A stretch of 64,000 nt of DNA from an uncultured Gemmatimonadota bacterium (GTDB taxonomy: Bacteria > SM23-81 > DAOVCL01). Below, in pieces: positions 1 through 9,326 of this stretch; positions within the stretch are counted from its first letter, which is position 1, and every line of letters starts with the position of its first letter. The stretch is taken from positions 85,277 through 149,276 of the forward strand of contig CAZVGK010000003.1 of the NCBI GenBank assembly GCA_964626665.1, given 5' to 3'. A program made the position numbers and the translations under genes. The notes beneath the pieces were generated by a model. That model was not told the DNA's origin and ran no database searches. It was given only the letters and a program-made list of their open reading frames with translations.

Positions 1-1
1 C

Positions 2-2374
2 GGTACATTCGAAGATCTGTTGAAAGCATTGGATACAGCTATAGTGAAGAGCATGCGCCCCTTACTGGCAAAGCTCGAGGCAGACCATCCCGTCCGGCTA
101 CGTTTCGTGGTTAAGGACAGACCTTCTACCGCGCTAATAGAGTTCCTGGCAAATGACTTCGAGTATGTACACGAAGGTGTTCCTAGCACAGCTGGCAATC
201 CTTCCCGCTTCTACTCGGGCTTTGAACTTGACTGGTATCCAATCCTGAAGGATCTCGATGTGCGCCGAGGGCTTACGAATAAGCTTCTTGAAGATATAGT
301 TTTACGTCCCGAAGAAGATCGCCCTTCCCAAGTTGAGCTTTATGTAGTCAAGGCGGAAGCTGGTGCAGGCAAGTCGGTTCTTCTTCGGCGAGTCGCTTGG
401 GAAGCCGCTACAAATGCAGGGGTACTTTGTCTTCGCCACCGTGGGACAACCCTACCTAGCCTTGAGGCGCTGCGAGAACTTAGTGAGGCCACAAATGAGC
501 GGATTTTCCTTTTTGTTGACAATGCTGCTGATTACTTATCATTAATACTTAGAATTCTTGAGTTTGCGCGATCAAAAAAACTCCATCTTACCCTAATCAC
601 AGCTGAGCGTGTCAACGAATGGAATGTCCGTTGCGAGGCTCTCGAGGAGTACCTTTCGGACCAATATCAGCTTCATTACCTGAGCCGGTCGGAGATTGAA
701 ACTCTCGTAAGGCTTCTCACAAAGTACGACTCTCTCGGACCTAACCTCGCAGACAAGACCTTCGAGGAGCAAGTAGGTGAATTCGAAAAAAGGGCAGGTC
801 GTCAGCTTCTAGTAGCACTTCATGAGGCCACCCAAGGTCGCCCGTTTGAAGAGATACTCCTTGACGAGTACGAGAGTATTATCCCGCCGGAAGCCCAGCG
901 CCTCTATCTCACCGTCTGTGTGCTTAATAGGCTGAAAGTGCCGGTCAGGGCCGGTTTGATATCCCGGGTCCACGGCATCCCGTTCGAGAAGTTCCGAGAG
1001 CGCCTCTTCAGGCCACTCGAGCATGTTGTTCATGTAGTCCAACTGCCTTGGGGCGACTATGCTTACCGAGCCCGGCACTCAGAGATTGCTCAGATTGTTT
1101 TTGAACAGGTACTCACAGAGTCTACGGAGCGGTTTAATGAGTACATCCGTATTGTCCGCGCTCTGAATCCGATCTATTCAGTAGACTACGAGGCCCTAAG
1201 GGGTATGCTTCGCGCGAAGTGGGTCCACGACCTCTTTCCTAGCTATGAGGATGCGAAGGCCATCTACGTTTCAGCGATGGAGATTCTCGGCGATGATGCC
1301 TATCTTCTTCAGCAAAGGGCCAACTATGAGCGGATACGCCCAAGCGGCAATCTCACTCTTGCTCAAACTCTCCTAAATAAGGCGCGACAGTTGGACCCGT
1401 CAGACTTCACGATTGTGCACACTCTGGCAGAGGTGCTCCGCGCCCGGGCGGAAGCGGCCGATAAGAGACTTGAGCGAGCCCGCTTTCGTAGTGAGGCTCG
1501 AGCACTGCTTCAAAATATAACATCCACTGCACCTGCCGCTCGGTATGCCTCGGTCACGCGGCTCAAGCTTTGTATCGACCGAGTTCGCGATCTACTGACG
1601 GACGAATCCTCGACGGACCGCGACATCGATGAGGGAGTGCGCGATGCGGAACGAATCTTCGAAAGCGCGAGGCAGAGGTATCCAGGAGATAAATTTGTGC
1701 TTACTGCTGAGTCCGAGTTCGCCAAGCTCCTAGAGGACCATGAGCGCAGCTTTGAAGCTCTGAAACGAGCGAGAAATTCGAACCCAAGAGATCCGTTCAT
1801 AGCCTCCCGACTCGCTGCCATATTGGTGAGCAGGGGGGACAGGAATACGGCACGGGCATACGTCGAGGAAGCTCTTGAAAGCAACCGAGGAGACAAACGG
1901 CTAAACTTCCAGTATGCCCAGCTACTGAGAGCAGAAACGGAGACACCAGGTGAGGACCTTGCCTATTATTACCGACGAGCCTTCACCAAATGGGACCACA
2001 ACTACGAATCGCAGTTCTGGTACGCCCGATTCACATTTGAAAGCAGGGATTCCGGAAAGGTTCGGGAGTCCAAGGAAGTTTTTAGGCATCTCCGTGAGGT
2101 CCCGATGTCTTATGATGATCGCATCCGTGTACGGGATGCCGTGGGTGGACTAGGTGACCCAAAACAATTCTTTGGCACAATAACCCGAGTTGAGGCTACT
2201 CACGGTTTCGTGTCTATCGATGGACGCGGCGATTGTGTATTCTTCTACGAAACCGACGTGGCAAGTGGTGTCTGGAATCATCTTTCGTCTGGGACAAGGG
2301 TGGTTTTTGCGATCGGATTCACTTTGCGCGGTCCAAAAGCTCTTGGGGTGCGGTTGGAAGGGGGAACGGCCTAA
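2..2374 (+). CDS. STAND-like P-loop NTPase with TPR-like helical repeat region and C-terminal cold-shock (CSD/OB) domain. The 5' end lies outside the window.
   Basis: The frame is open to the window edge; the TTG at 20 is only an ORF-caller start. Walker A VVKAEAGAGKSVLL and Walker B RIFLFVDNAAD are present. A long helical repeat region follows. The C-terminal 65 aa (GTITRVEATHGFVSIDGRGDCVFFYETDV...GTRVVFAIGFTLRGPKALGVRLEG) fits the cold-shock domain pattern (GFGFI...DVFFH...V.F......GP.A..V). Stop is TAA at 2372-2374. Confidence 0.6.
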   Translation, partial: GTFEDLLKALDTAIVKSMRPLLAKLEADHPVRLRFVVKDRPSTALIEFLANDFEYVHEGVPSTAGNPSRFYSGFELDWYPILKDLDVRRGLTNKLLEDIVLRPEEDRPSQVELYVVKAEAGAGKSVLLRRVAWEAATNAGVLCLRHRGTTLPSLEALRELSEATNERIFLFVDNAADYLSLILRILEFARSKKLHLTLITAERVNEWNVRCEALEEYLSDQYQLHYLSRSEIETLVRLLTKYDSLGPNLADKTFEEQVGEFEKRAGRQLLVALHEATQGRPFEEILLDEYESIIPPEAQRLYLTVCVLNRLKVPVRAGLISRVHGIPFEKFRERLFRPLEHVVHVVQLPWGDYAYRARHSEIAQIVFEQVLTESTERFNEYIRIVRALNPIYSVDYEALRGMLRAKWVHDLFPSYEDAKAIYVSAMEILGDDAYLLQQRANYERIRPSGNLTLAQTLLNKARQLDPSDFTIVHTLAEVLRARAEAADKRLERARFRSEARALLQNITSTAPAARYASVTRLKLCIDRVRDLLTDESSTDRDIDEGVRDAERIFESARQRYPGDKFVLTAESEFAKLLEDHERSFEALKRARNSNPRDPFIASRLAAILVSRGDRNTARAYVEEALESNRGDKRLNFQYAQLLRAETETPGEDLAYYYRRAFTKWDHNYESQFWYARFTFESRDSGKVRESKEVFRHLREVPMSYDDRIRVRDAVGGLGDPKQFFGTITRVEATHGFVSIDGRGDCVFFYETDVASGVWNHLSSGTRVVFAIGFTLRGPKALGVRLEGGTA

Positions 2375-2614
2375 TCAGCAGCTGAAGTCTAGCGCAGCTT
2401 GCCGCTACCCTGCTTAATCGCAGTGTTACGCATCGCATTGGCGGGTTATCGGATTCACAAAGTCAACGTTTACTGTTTCCCAGTATCTCCCTTGTGGGAA
2501 TCGATGAGTTACTTCTTGGAGTATTATACCTCATTGAAGTGATGGCACTCTTTAAGGAGGGTTCTGGCATCGTGTATGAGCTACTGTAGGTCAGCGGGTA
2601 GCTACTCATCTTGC

Positions 2615-3205
2615 CTACTTAACCCAGATATCCCCATGGCTGCGGAGAGAATATTTCCTTCCCTTGTGCTCAGCCTCCACCGCAAAGATGCAGCGGTAGA
2701 CCCCACCATAAATCCTATCTCCCCAATAACCTCTTAAATCCCATTTAACCCTATGAAAACCAGCGGGCCGAGCTCCATCAAGGAGTATGGTCACCGTATT
2801 CAGCTTATCATCAATAATGGCCATAAAGACCCAGGAACTTATGGGCAGGCCATAGGCAATGGTCACAGTATCAGTGGTTGGGTTGGGATATGCAGCATGA
2901 ATCGAGAAAACCGCGGGCACAGGAACTATTTCAAAGGTATCTGATGAAGAATATTCTGGCGGACTGGGAGAAGGACCAATTAACCCTTCATAGGGCCAAT
3001 TAGAATCCCAATGCCAGTCGTTAGGGTCAACGGGTCCATTTATGTTGCCTCTGCTATCAGTGAAAGTGATTCCTTTAAAACCGGGGTTGAAAAGCGTAGG
3101 ATCAAAAGGTTCCTTCTTGCCACATCCACCCAAACCAAGGAGGAGGAGGAGAACAAGAGCTGTCCGCCAAATTGATCCTCCAATCCGATTATCAGCCTTA
3201 GCCAT
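2615..3205 (-). CDS. Small lipoprotein with a T9SS-type C-terminal sorting domain (Por_Secre_tail/FlgD-Ig-like)
   Basis: N-terminus RTALVLLLLLGLGGC looks like a signal peptide with a lipobox-like LGGC. The C-terminal ~85 aa (AYPNPTTDTVTIAYGLP...GFHRVKWDLRG...GGVYRCIF...) match the T9SS CTD consensus. Confidence 0.6.
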   Translation of the reverse strand: MAKADNRIGGSIWRTALVLLLLLGLGGCGKKEPFDPTLFNPGFKGITFTDSRGNINGPVDPNDWHWDSNWPYEGLIGPSPSPPEYSSSDTFEIVPVPAVFSIHAAYPNPTTDTVTIAYGLPISSWVFMAIIDDKLNTVTILLDGARPAGFHRVKWDLRGYWGDRIYGGVYRCIFAVEAEHKGRKYSLRSHGDIWVK

Positions 3206-3708
3206 TATTGGAAATAGAAGTGAAGAAAACCCAGACTGGCTGTCGAAACTACAGTCGAATTGTAGGGAAAACCATTGGGAGAGAAGTCCTCATCTGTCTT
3301 CCAAATGTTAAGCTGGAGCTCACCTCCTACACTAAAGCGGCCACCAAAGAACTTCTCCATCCCGATCAATATCCCTCCGCCATAGTCACTATAGTCTTTT
3401 AGCCTCATCATCTCAAACAGGAAGCCAAGATAAGGGGAGCAATCACCCTCTGAAAAATGCTGCAGGTAGTCAATGCCAATACCTCACTCAGTGGTAGCCC
3501 CTCCGTGCTTGGGTTTAACCTGATAAAAGGTCCCTCCCAGTTCCAGGGCGGAGCGGGAGCTCAGCCAATACTTGAAATTGTAACCAGATGCAGGAGGGGA
3601 GAGAAGAACTCCCATCCCCATCTTTCCACCTTTTCCTTGGCCATTTGCCTGGGGAACGGTTAAAATGGCCAATATCAATACGGACAAAAAGGCAAATAGC
3701 TTTGCCAT
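3205..3708 (-). pseudogene. Outer-membrane beta-barrel protein (OMP_b-brl-like) interrupted by an in-frame TGA at 3484-3486
   Basis: ORFs 3484..3819 and 3205..3411 are in the same frame. The likely start is the ATG at 3708 (MAKLFAFLSVLILAILTVPQANG, a signal peptide) with AGGAGG 6 nt upstream. Read-through across the TGA gives continuous alternating-hydrophobic beta-strand sequence ending FYFQ. Confidence 0.5.
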
Positions 3709-3960
3709 CGTTTTCCTCCTTTTTTGGTTAAGGTTGAAAGCATCAATTCCAATGAGACCTTGGTCAACAACCTCCTTTCCTAACCAAGGGATTTTGCACA
3801 TTGGAACCGTTTGCGCCACAACGAAATCTAGCCCACAATTTTTGTTTTCACCCTCAAGTCCTGCCTCCTTCGGGTCGGATGAATCCGACCCCTACATCTC
3901 AAGCCTTTGTAGGGGTTCGATTTATCAAACCCGGGGAATCTCCTAATCATAGGAATGACG

Positions 3961-4600
3961 CTATTTTGACCTCTGAATCCCAGAGAATGCCATCACCAAC
4001 CCAAAGGTAAACCAGAGAAGCATACCATCCTCGGCATCGGTGTAGTAACATTGAAATAGACTGGCCAGGAAGAAGGCCACTGCTGAGGAGAAACCACCCA
4101 GAAACAGAGAATGGGAGATCCGCCGGTAGCCTTTAAGCGATGCCCACCAAAAAGCCCACCAGATCCAGAGAAATCCCAACATCCCCAAGCCCCCGGCATT
4201 AACTCCCACATTGAGCAAATCATTGTGGGAGTGGCTGATGGAGTCATAATATCAAGGGACCTTGTATTGGTTAAAGAACCTCTTGAAGTTGTCCAACCCA
4301 ACCCCTAACAGGGGATGGTCTTTGATCATCCGCCAAGAGGTTTGCCAGAGCCTCACCCGGGTTCCGCTGCTCGGGGTATTTAGATCTGCGGCATTTTTAA
4401 TCCTCTCCCTGAAGGTTAATAGGACCAGGGTGCGCCTACCAAAAGCGGATAAGAAAGAGTGCCGAATAAGGTAGAGATACACAGGGTTTAGCTCCCTTGG
4501 AAGAGAAGAACCAATTCGATCTGTAAGGGATATGGATTTTTAAACTCCAACAGGTGCAAGAGCGAGCATAGACTTATGAACTGGCTAAAGGTAGTCATCA
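3961..4600 (-). pseudogene. O-antigen ligase/polymerase (Wzy_C) family C-terminal remnant carrying a frameshift and an in-frame TGA (4252-4254)
   Basis: ORFs 4252..4482 and 3961..4218 share a frame. Read-through gives ...GVGLDNFKRFFNQYKVP*YMDSISHSHNDLLNVGVNAGGLGML, i.e. the conserved ligase H.HN..L...G..G motif spans the TGA. A frameshifted hydrophobic segment lies further upstream (~4483-4600). The N-terminal ~250 aa of a full-length ligase are absent. Confidence 0.5.
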
Positions 4601-4687
4601 ATAAAGCGTTTTTACCTTATTCCTGAAATTATCCGCGTGCTGGATACCTCAAAATATAGATTCTCACCATCAATGGCAATAGATCCG

Positions 4688-5848
4688 TCATACACTTTTG
4701 GACGAGTTCAAATTTTTTATTGCATCCAAAAGTTTTTGGGCTCGATTTTCCCAAAGATATTTCTCTGCCATAGTATATATTTTTTTACTCATTCTTTCTA
4801 GAAAATCATTATGTGTGTAGAGAAAATCGATTTCTTGAGCTAATTCTTTCAGATTATTTGGCTTAAAGAAAAGCCCTGTTTCGTTTTCTTTGATCAGTTC
4901 ACGCATTGTCGGAAGATCTGAAGAGAGGACAGGGATGCTGTAACTATAAAAATCAAATAATTTTAACGGGGAAGTCAGAAATCGATTAAAAAATGTATCC
5001 TGTAACGGGATAACACCAATTTTAATCTTTGTTAGATATCGTTCAAGCTGGGGGCGACGGAGCCAGCCCGTAATTTCTACTTTTTCTTTTCGATAATATT
5101 TTTCGGCCAGTGCGTTATATTCATCGATTTCCTCATTATTTTTTCCACCAAGAATCAAAATTGACGGTTGGGTTTGACTAAGAGCCGCAGATTGCAAAAG
5201 ATTTGCTACTCCCTTATGGGCATTTAAAGAACCGATATAACCTAAATATTTTCTTTCAGATATATCAGAATGTTCAACGTAAGAAAGTCCAGTTCGAGCA
5301 ATAATAAATTTTTGATTAGGAAAATATCTTTCATACAGCATTTTTTGTGCTTTTTGTAAACAGATAACCCCGCTAATATGCGGGATATATCTTTGCTCAT
5401 ATGTGCTCCTTTTTCTTTTCTTTTTGATATTAATATCATCTCGAATGGATAGGTCAGCATAAAAATCGTGGGTTTCAAAAAAAGTCGGTATCCCAAATCT
5501 CTCTTTTAGTTTAGCTAAATAAGGTAGAAAAGTCGTGTTCCGAGAAATAACGGCATCAAGTTCATTATGTGATATTAATTCTTTAAGCTTTCGAAAAACT
5601 TTCTGGAAGAAAAAACAATTTGTGTTGATTATTCTTGTATTCTTTAGTTGATAAATAGTTAAATTATTTGGTTGTAACATATTAAAATATTTTTTCAAAA
5701 TTTCAGAGGAAGAACTTGGGGAATTTCTTTTGATGAAGAAATAACAGTGCCCAGACACCGCTGCCAAACCAATCGCATTTAAGGTAGCAAAAGTTACGCT
5801 CGGAGAATGCGATGGCCATAAACCGGTGTGAACATATGCGATTTTCAT
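4688..5848 (-). CDS. Glycosyltransferase family 4 (GT-B)
   Basis: 386-aa product with a GT4-type C-terminal domain. Low-GC gene (~35%). Confidence 0.6.
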   Translation of the reverse strand: MKIAYVHTGLWPSHSPSVTFATLNAIGLAAVSGHCYFFIKRNSPSSSSEILKKYFNMLQPNNLTIYQLKNTRIINTNCFFFQKVFRKLKELISHNELDAVISRNTTFLPYLAKLKERFGIPTFFETHDFYADLSIRDDINIKKKRKRSTYEQRYIPHISGVICLQKAQKMLYERYFPNQKFIIARTGLSYVEHSDISERKYLGYIGSLNAHKGVANLLQSAALSQTQPSILILGGKNNEEIDEYNALAEKYYRKEKVEITGWLRRPQLERYLTKIKIGVIPLQDTFFNRFLTSPLKLFDFYSYSIPVLSSDLPTMRELIKENETGLFFKPNNLKELAQEIDFLYTHNDFLERMSKKIYTMAEKYLWENRAQKLLDAIKNLNSSKSV

Positions 5849-5860
5849 AGTTCTCCTTCT

Positions 5861-6847
5861 TTAAGAGTTGTATCTTCGTTTTATAAGAGCATAGCCTATT
5901 TCTCGGGATTTGTCATCCCGAGAAAATTTTCTCATCTCTTTTTTAAATTTTTTGACTCCAGGGAATCTCTTAGTAACATATCTATTCATCAGTGAACTTC
6001 TATCTTTTTTGGCCTTCAGTTTATTTCTGTTTGAAGTGTAATCATGATAAATAACGGCTTGTGGGTAATATATCAGAGAATACTTCCCGTATCTGCACCC
6101 AATCCGATAAGATAATTCTAACCCCTCATGCCCAAATAACAGAGGGTTCATTCCGTTCATCTCCATATAAACATTCTTATTAAAGGCAGAATTGCCTTCT
6201 ACATTAATAACCGAAGGAATAGGGATCGGCCCCAGGTCATAATGCTTAACCGACGGGGCAACCCCATCCTCCGTCTTAGGGAAAACTCTGCCCCTTAATC
6301 CAACAATATCATATCTACGGAAAGCTTCGATAATGGAGGAAACATAGGTGCTTGCTGCACGAGCATCATCGTCCAAGAAAGCTACGATCGCACCCTTGGC
6401 GAAATAGACACCTATATTTCTCCCCTCAGATAAGATTAGGTTCTGAGGAGATTTAACATAGAGTATATCTGAAGTCATCAAATTCCTTTCAATAGATTCA
6501 TTTTGGCCATTGTCTACAACAATAATTTCAAATCTGTCTGGAACCAGGGGAAGGAGAGAGTCCAGACAGTTCAATAGAAGCTCATTGCTCTGGTAGGTGA
6601 CGATAACTACGGATAGAATCGGTTGGTTGACTCCTCGGTTATCCCTCTTTGATAAGAGCTCATAGTTAATATGGTCTCGATATAATTTCATAAATCTTTC
6701 TGCTTCGGAGAATTTTTGGGCAGAGAATCGCTGGATTGCCAATCCAAAATTGTGTAAAGCAAATTGTTGAGGCTCTTGAGAGTTCTCTGGTAAGCTCCTG
6801 TTTTTGTTCTTGGTAAAACTTTTCAATTTTGTCCACATATCCATCAT
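5861..6847 (-). CDS. Glycosyltransferase family 2
   Basis: LSVVIVTYQSNELLLNCLDSL...EIIVVDNGQNES is the GT2 N-terminal signature including a DxD-like motif. Confidence 0.65.
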   Translation of the reverse strand: MMDMWTKLKSFTKNKNRSLPENSQEPQQFALHNFGLAIQRFSAQKFSEAERFMKLYRDHINYELLSKRDNRGVNQPILSVVIVTYQSNELLLNCLDSLLPLVPDRFEIIVVDNGQNESIERNLMTSDILYVKSPQNLILSEGRNIGVYFAKGAIVAFLDDDARAASTYVSSIIEAFRRYDIVGLRGRVFPKTEDGVAPSVKHYDLGPIPIPSVINVEGNSAFNKNVYMEMNGMNPLLFGHEGLELSYRIGCRYGKYSLIYYPQAVIYHDYTSNRNKLKAKKDRSSLMNRYVTKRFPGVKKFKKEMRKFSRDDKSREIGYALIKRRYNS

Positions 6848-7092
6848 TACTCACAGGACATTATAGTTTGCCCATGGGCAGCTTTAATTATAATAACCAG
6901 GTCTGTTCCAAAGCGTGAAGGATGGAGCAAGGCGAAACAACTTCACTCCACCAAGACTTCTATTGCACTTTAGTACAGGGTTAGGACCTTTGGCTGAAGC
7001 CCAAAAAAAAAGGTTGATTGCTGTTCTGGCAAAGACATGTAATATGCTTTTCGCTCGCATTAGTAACTCCCCCCACAAAAGTGCTTGTTCCT

Positions 7093-8034
7093 TTAACCCT
7101 CAATCCAGTTCCATGAAGTTAAAAGATGCCTTATGAACTCTTCATGGCGATCTTTCCCAATACCTATCTTTTGCCAAAGGCTATTTTTATCCCTGTAATA
7201 ACCATTTGCAGCCTTATAAATTGGGCTGGACAAATCACCGTAAATGACGCTCATTTCGGTGACAAGCCATTTGCCTTCATAATCCCTCAAAATATCATAC
7301 GACATAACCTCAAAGTTCATCTGTTCATTGGCCCTCGCCCCTAAGTCTAATACTTCAACGGGAATTTCAGAAGTATCAAATAGACCACTCCCACTGGCAA
7401 AGGGACTTTTATCCCTGTTGGGTCTAAAAAATCCATAAATTACTCTATTGCCATAGCAAACGATCCTATAGTCACCCTGATTGTCGCCAAGAAATTCCTG
7501 AAAATAGACATAACCCTTTTGGACTTCATTTTTAAAATAGGTCTTAATCCCCTTATTGAATACCCTTCTTATGTATTTCATAGCTGTTTTTGGATCTTCC
7601 AACAACCCCACATTTGAACTGCCAGCGCCATGCGCACATTTGTATACAAGCGGATATCTCGTTTGCTGGGCAAATGCTACAGCTTCATCTTGATTAAAAA
7701 AAATGTAGGTCTTGGGAGTGGGAATATGATGTCTGGTAAAAAGGTAGTACTGCGCAATTTTGTCATCATAATGCCAGTATGACCTCCAGTCAGGATATGT
7801 AGGAATTTTAAATTCCTGGCCAAAGAAATAGATAAAACGCTTAGCCAGATTCTTGATAACAGGATCATGTTTGGCTCGCCAAATAAAACTGTCAAAATTT
7901 TCTGAAAATAATCTATCCTGCTCGGACTTTCTCCAAATATCAAGGAGGCAAACCTGAAAGCTATAGCGTCTAAGAATTCTCTCATAGATTTGCCAAAATC
8001 TCATTTTATCCTTGACTAATGCGATCTTCCTCAT
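7093..8034 (-). CDS. ATP-grasp domain protein within the polysaccharide locus
   Basis: The central and C-terminal region (YPLVYKCAHGAGSSNVGLL...YVYFQEFL...DYRIVCYGNRVIYGFFR) is consistent with the ATP-grasp fold. Confidence 0.45.
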   Translation of the reverse strand: MRKIALVKDKMRFWQIYERILRRYSFQVCLLDIWRKSEQDRLFSENFDSFIWRAKHDPVIKNLAKRFIYFFGQEFKIPTYPDWRSYWHYDDKIAQYYLFTRHHIPTPKTYIFFNQDEAVAFAQQTRYPLVYKCAHGAGSSNVGLLEDPKTAMKYIRRVFNKGIKTYFKNEVQKGYVYFQEFLGDNQGDYRIVCYGNRVIYGFFRPNRDKSPFASGSGLFDTSEIPVEVLDLGARANEQMNFEVMSYDILRDYEGKWLVTEMSVIYGDLSSPIYKAANGYYRDKNSLWQKIGIGKDRHEEFIRHLLTSWNWIEG

Positions 8035-9002
8035 TTAACATATCCTTCCCTCTTGAGTTGGAATAATTCCATGGCATATTGGAAGAAATCTGTCCATTGA
8101 TAGATAAGATTATTCCAGTCAAATTCCTTCTCCATCTTTTGGCGAATGGCTCTCCCCATTCCAGGTAGCATATCTCGATTTTCGACAAACTCAAGTAACC
8201 TTTCTTTGATAGCTTGATAACTTCTTTCCACAACAATTCCATTTATCCCCTGCTCTATTAATTCAGGGATAATGCCTACATCTGTTGAAATCACAGGTAT
8301 ACCACAGGCAGCAGCTTCAAGCACAGGGCGAGGGGTTCCCTCACTGCGGGAAGCACAGATATACAGGTCCAAGGAATTATAAAATTTCCGCATTTTATTA
8401 TTATCTCTGACAAAATCATCCTCTTTACATTGCACCCTTAACTCAATTTCTGGAATTTCATTGCAAACAGGCTTGATGAATTCAAAAAAACCTCTCTTTC
8501 CAGGATGGTTGGTTAGACTTCCTGTCCACCCTACTACCAGTTTGTCACGGTTTCTTTGGCTTCTTTCTTCAGGATAAAAGGCATCTAGGTCACAAGTATA
8601 CTTGGTATGAATAATCGGCAGATATCGCCCAAATATGTACCATAATTTTTTGCAGTGCGTATTAACAAGAAGAGCCTTCTTTAATTTACGAATAATTTTT
8701 GCTGGCGGTTTTGCATTATATCCAGGGGGCTGAGTTCTCCTGTCGTCCCAACGATGAAAGGAGCGAATCCCAGTTGTGATTTTATCAGTACAAATACCGC
8801 TTTTCAGCAAGGGGAAGAATTCACCAATGTACATAGGGTACAATAAATCATAATTATCATAGTTTTTTTTCCATTCTTTTATGAATTCCCGGAAATAAAG
8901 GATGTCAAATTGAATGTTAGATCTGTTGTATTTAATTAAATCTCGAGCATTCTTGTCTAATGCCCAATGAGGGATATCCGGTATGAGTAAAACCTTCTTC
9001 AT
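8031..9002 (-). CDS. Glycosyltransferase (GT1/GT4-like GT-B)
   Basis: C-terminal LVVGWTGSL...RSEGTPRPVLEAAACGIPVISTDVGIIPELI is the typical GT4 E-x7-E region. Confidence 0.55.
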   Translation of the reverse strand: MKKVLLIPDIPHWALDKNARDLIKYNRSNIQFDILYFREFIKEWKKNYDNYDLLYPMYIGEFFPLLKSGICTDKITTGIRSFHRWDDRRTQPPGYNAKPPAKIIRKLKKALLVNTHCKKLWYIFGRYLPIIHTKYTCDLDAFYPEERSQRNRDKLVVGWTGSLTNHPGKRGFFEFIKPVCNEIPEIELRVQCKEDDFVRDNNKMRKFYNSLDLYICASRSEGTPRPVLEAAACGIPVISTDVGIIPELIEQGINGIVVERSYQAIKERLLEFVENRDMLPGMGRAIRQKMEKEFDWNNLIYQWTDFFQYAMELFQLKREGYVK

Positions 9003-9326
9003 GGGTTCTCACATCCTTTAAATTAGGATATACTAAAGGAAGAACTAAAAAGATCGCATTTCTGAAACCCTTGACAGAGGTAAGAAACTAATAACAAAAA
9101 TGAGTAAAAACAATAATCCGCTTTTCGTAGTAATTTTAAGTCTAATTTTAATATAGAATAAATTAATAAAAGTCAAGAGATATCTTTAAATTCATTTCAA
9201 ATAATTCAAATTTATATCTGTTCTTCTCCAGTCATCCCCCCAAGGATTAGTGTATACTGTTTTTGAGTTAGTTCTAACTTTTTACCTGAAACATTATAAA
9301 TTCATTTTCCTTTTCGGTTAAGCAAA

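Noticed and set aside
20-22. TTG at position 20 given as the start of the 784-aa ORF
   Set aside because: The reading frame stays open back to the window edge (no in-frame stop in 2-19), so the gene almost certainly begins upstream of the window.
3484-4254. In-frame TGAs interpreted as selenocysteine codons or as a genome-wide alternative genetic code
   Set aside because: The affected proteins are envelope proteins, not redox enzymes. TGA terminates gcvH, mocA and the GxxExxY gene, and long ORFs are intact under the standard code. A pseudogene or sequencing error is more parsimonious.
5242-5496. 84-aa minus-strand ORF inside the GT4 gene in another frame
   Set aside because: Internal overlapping ORF in an AT-rich gene. 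No independent support.
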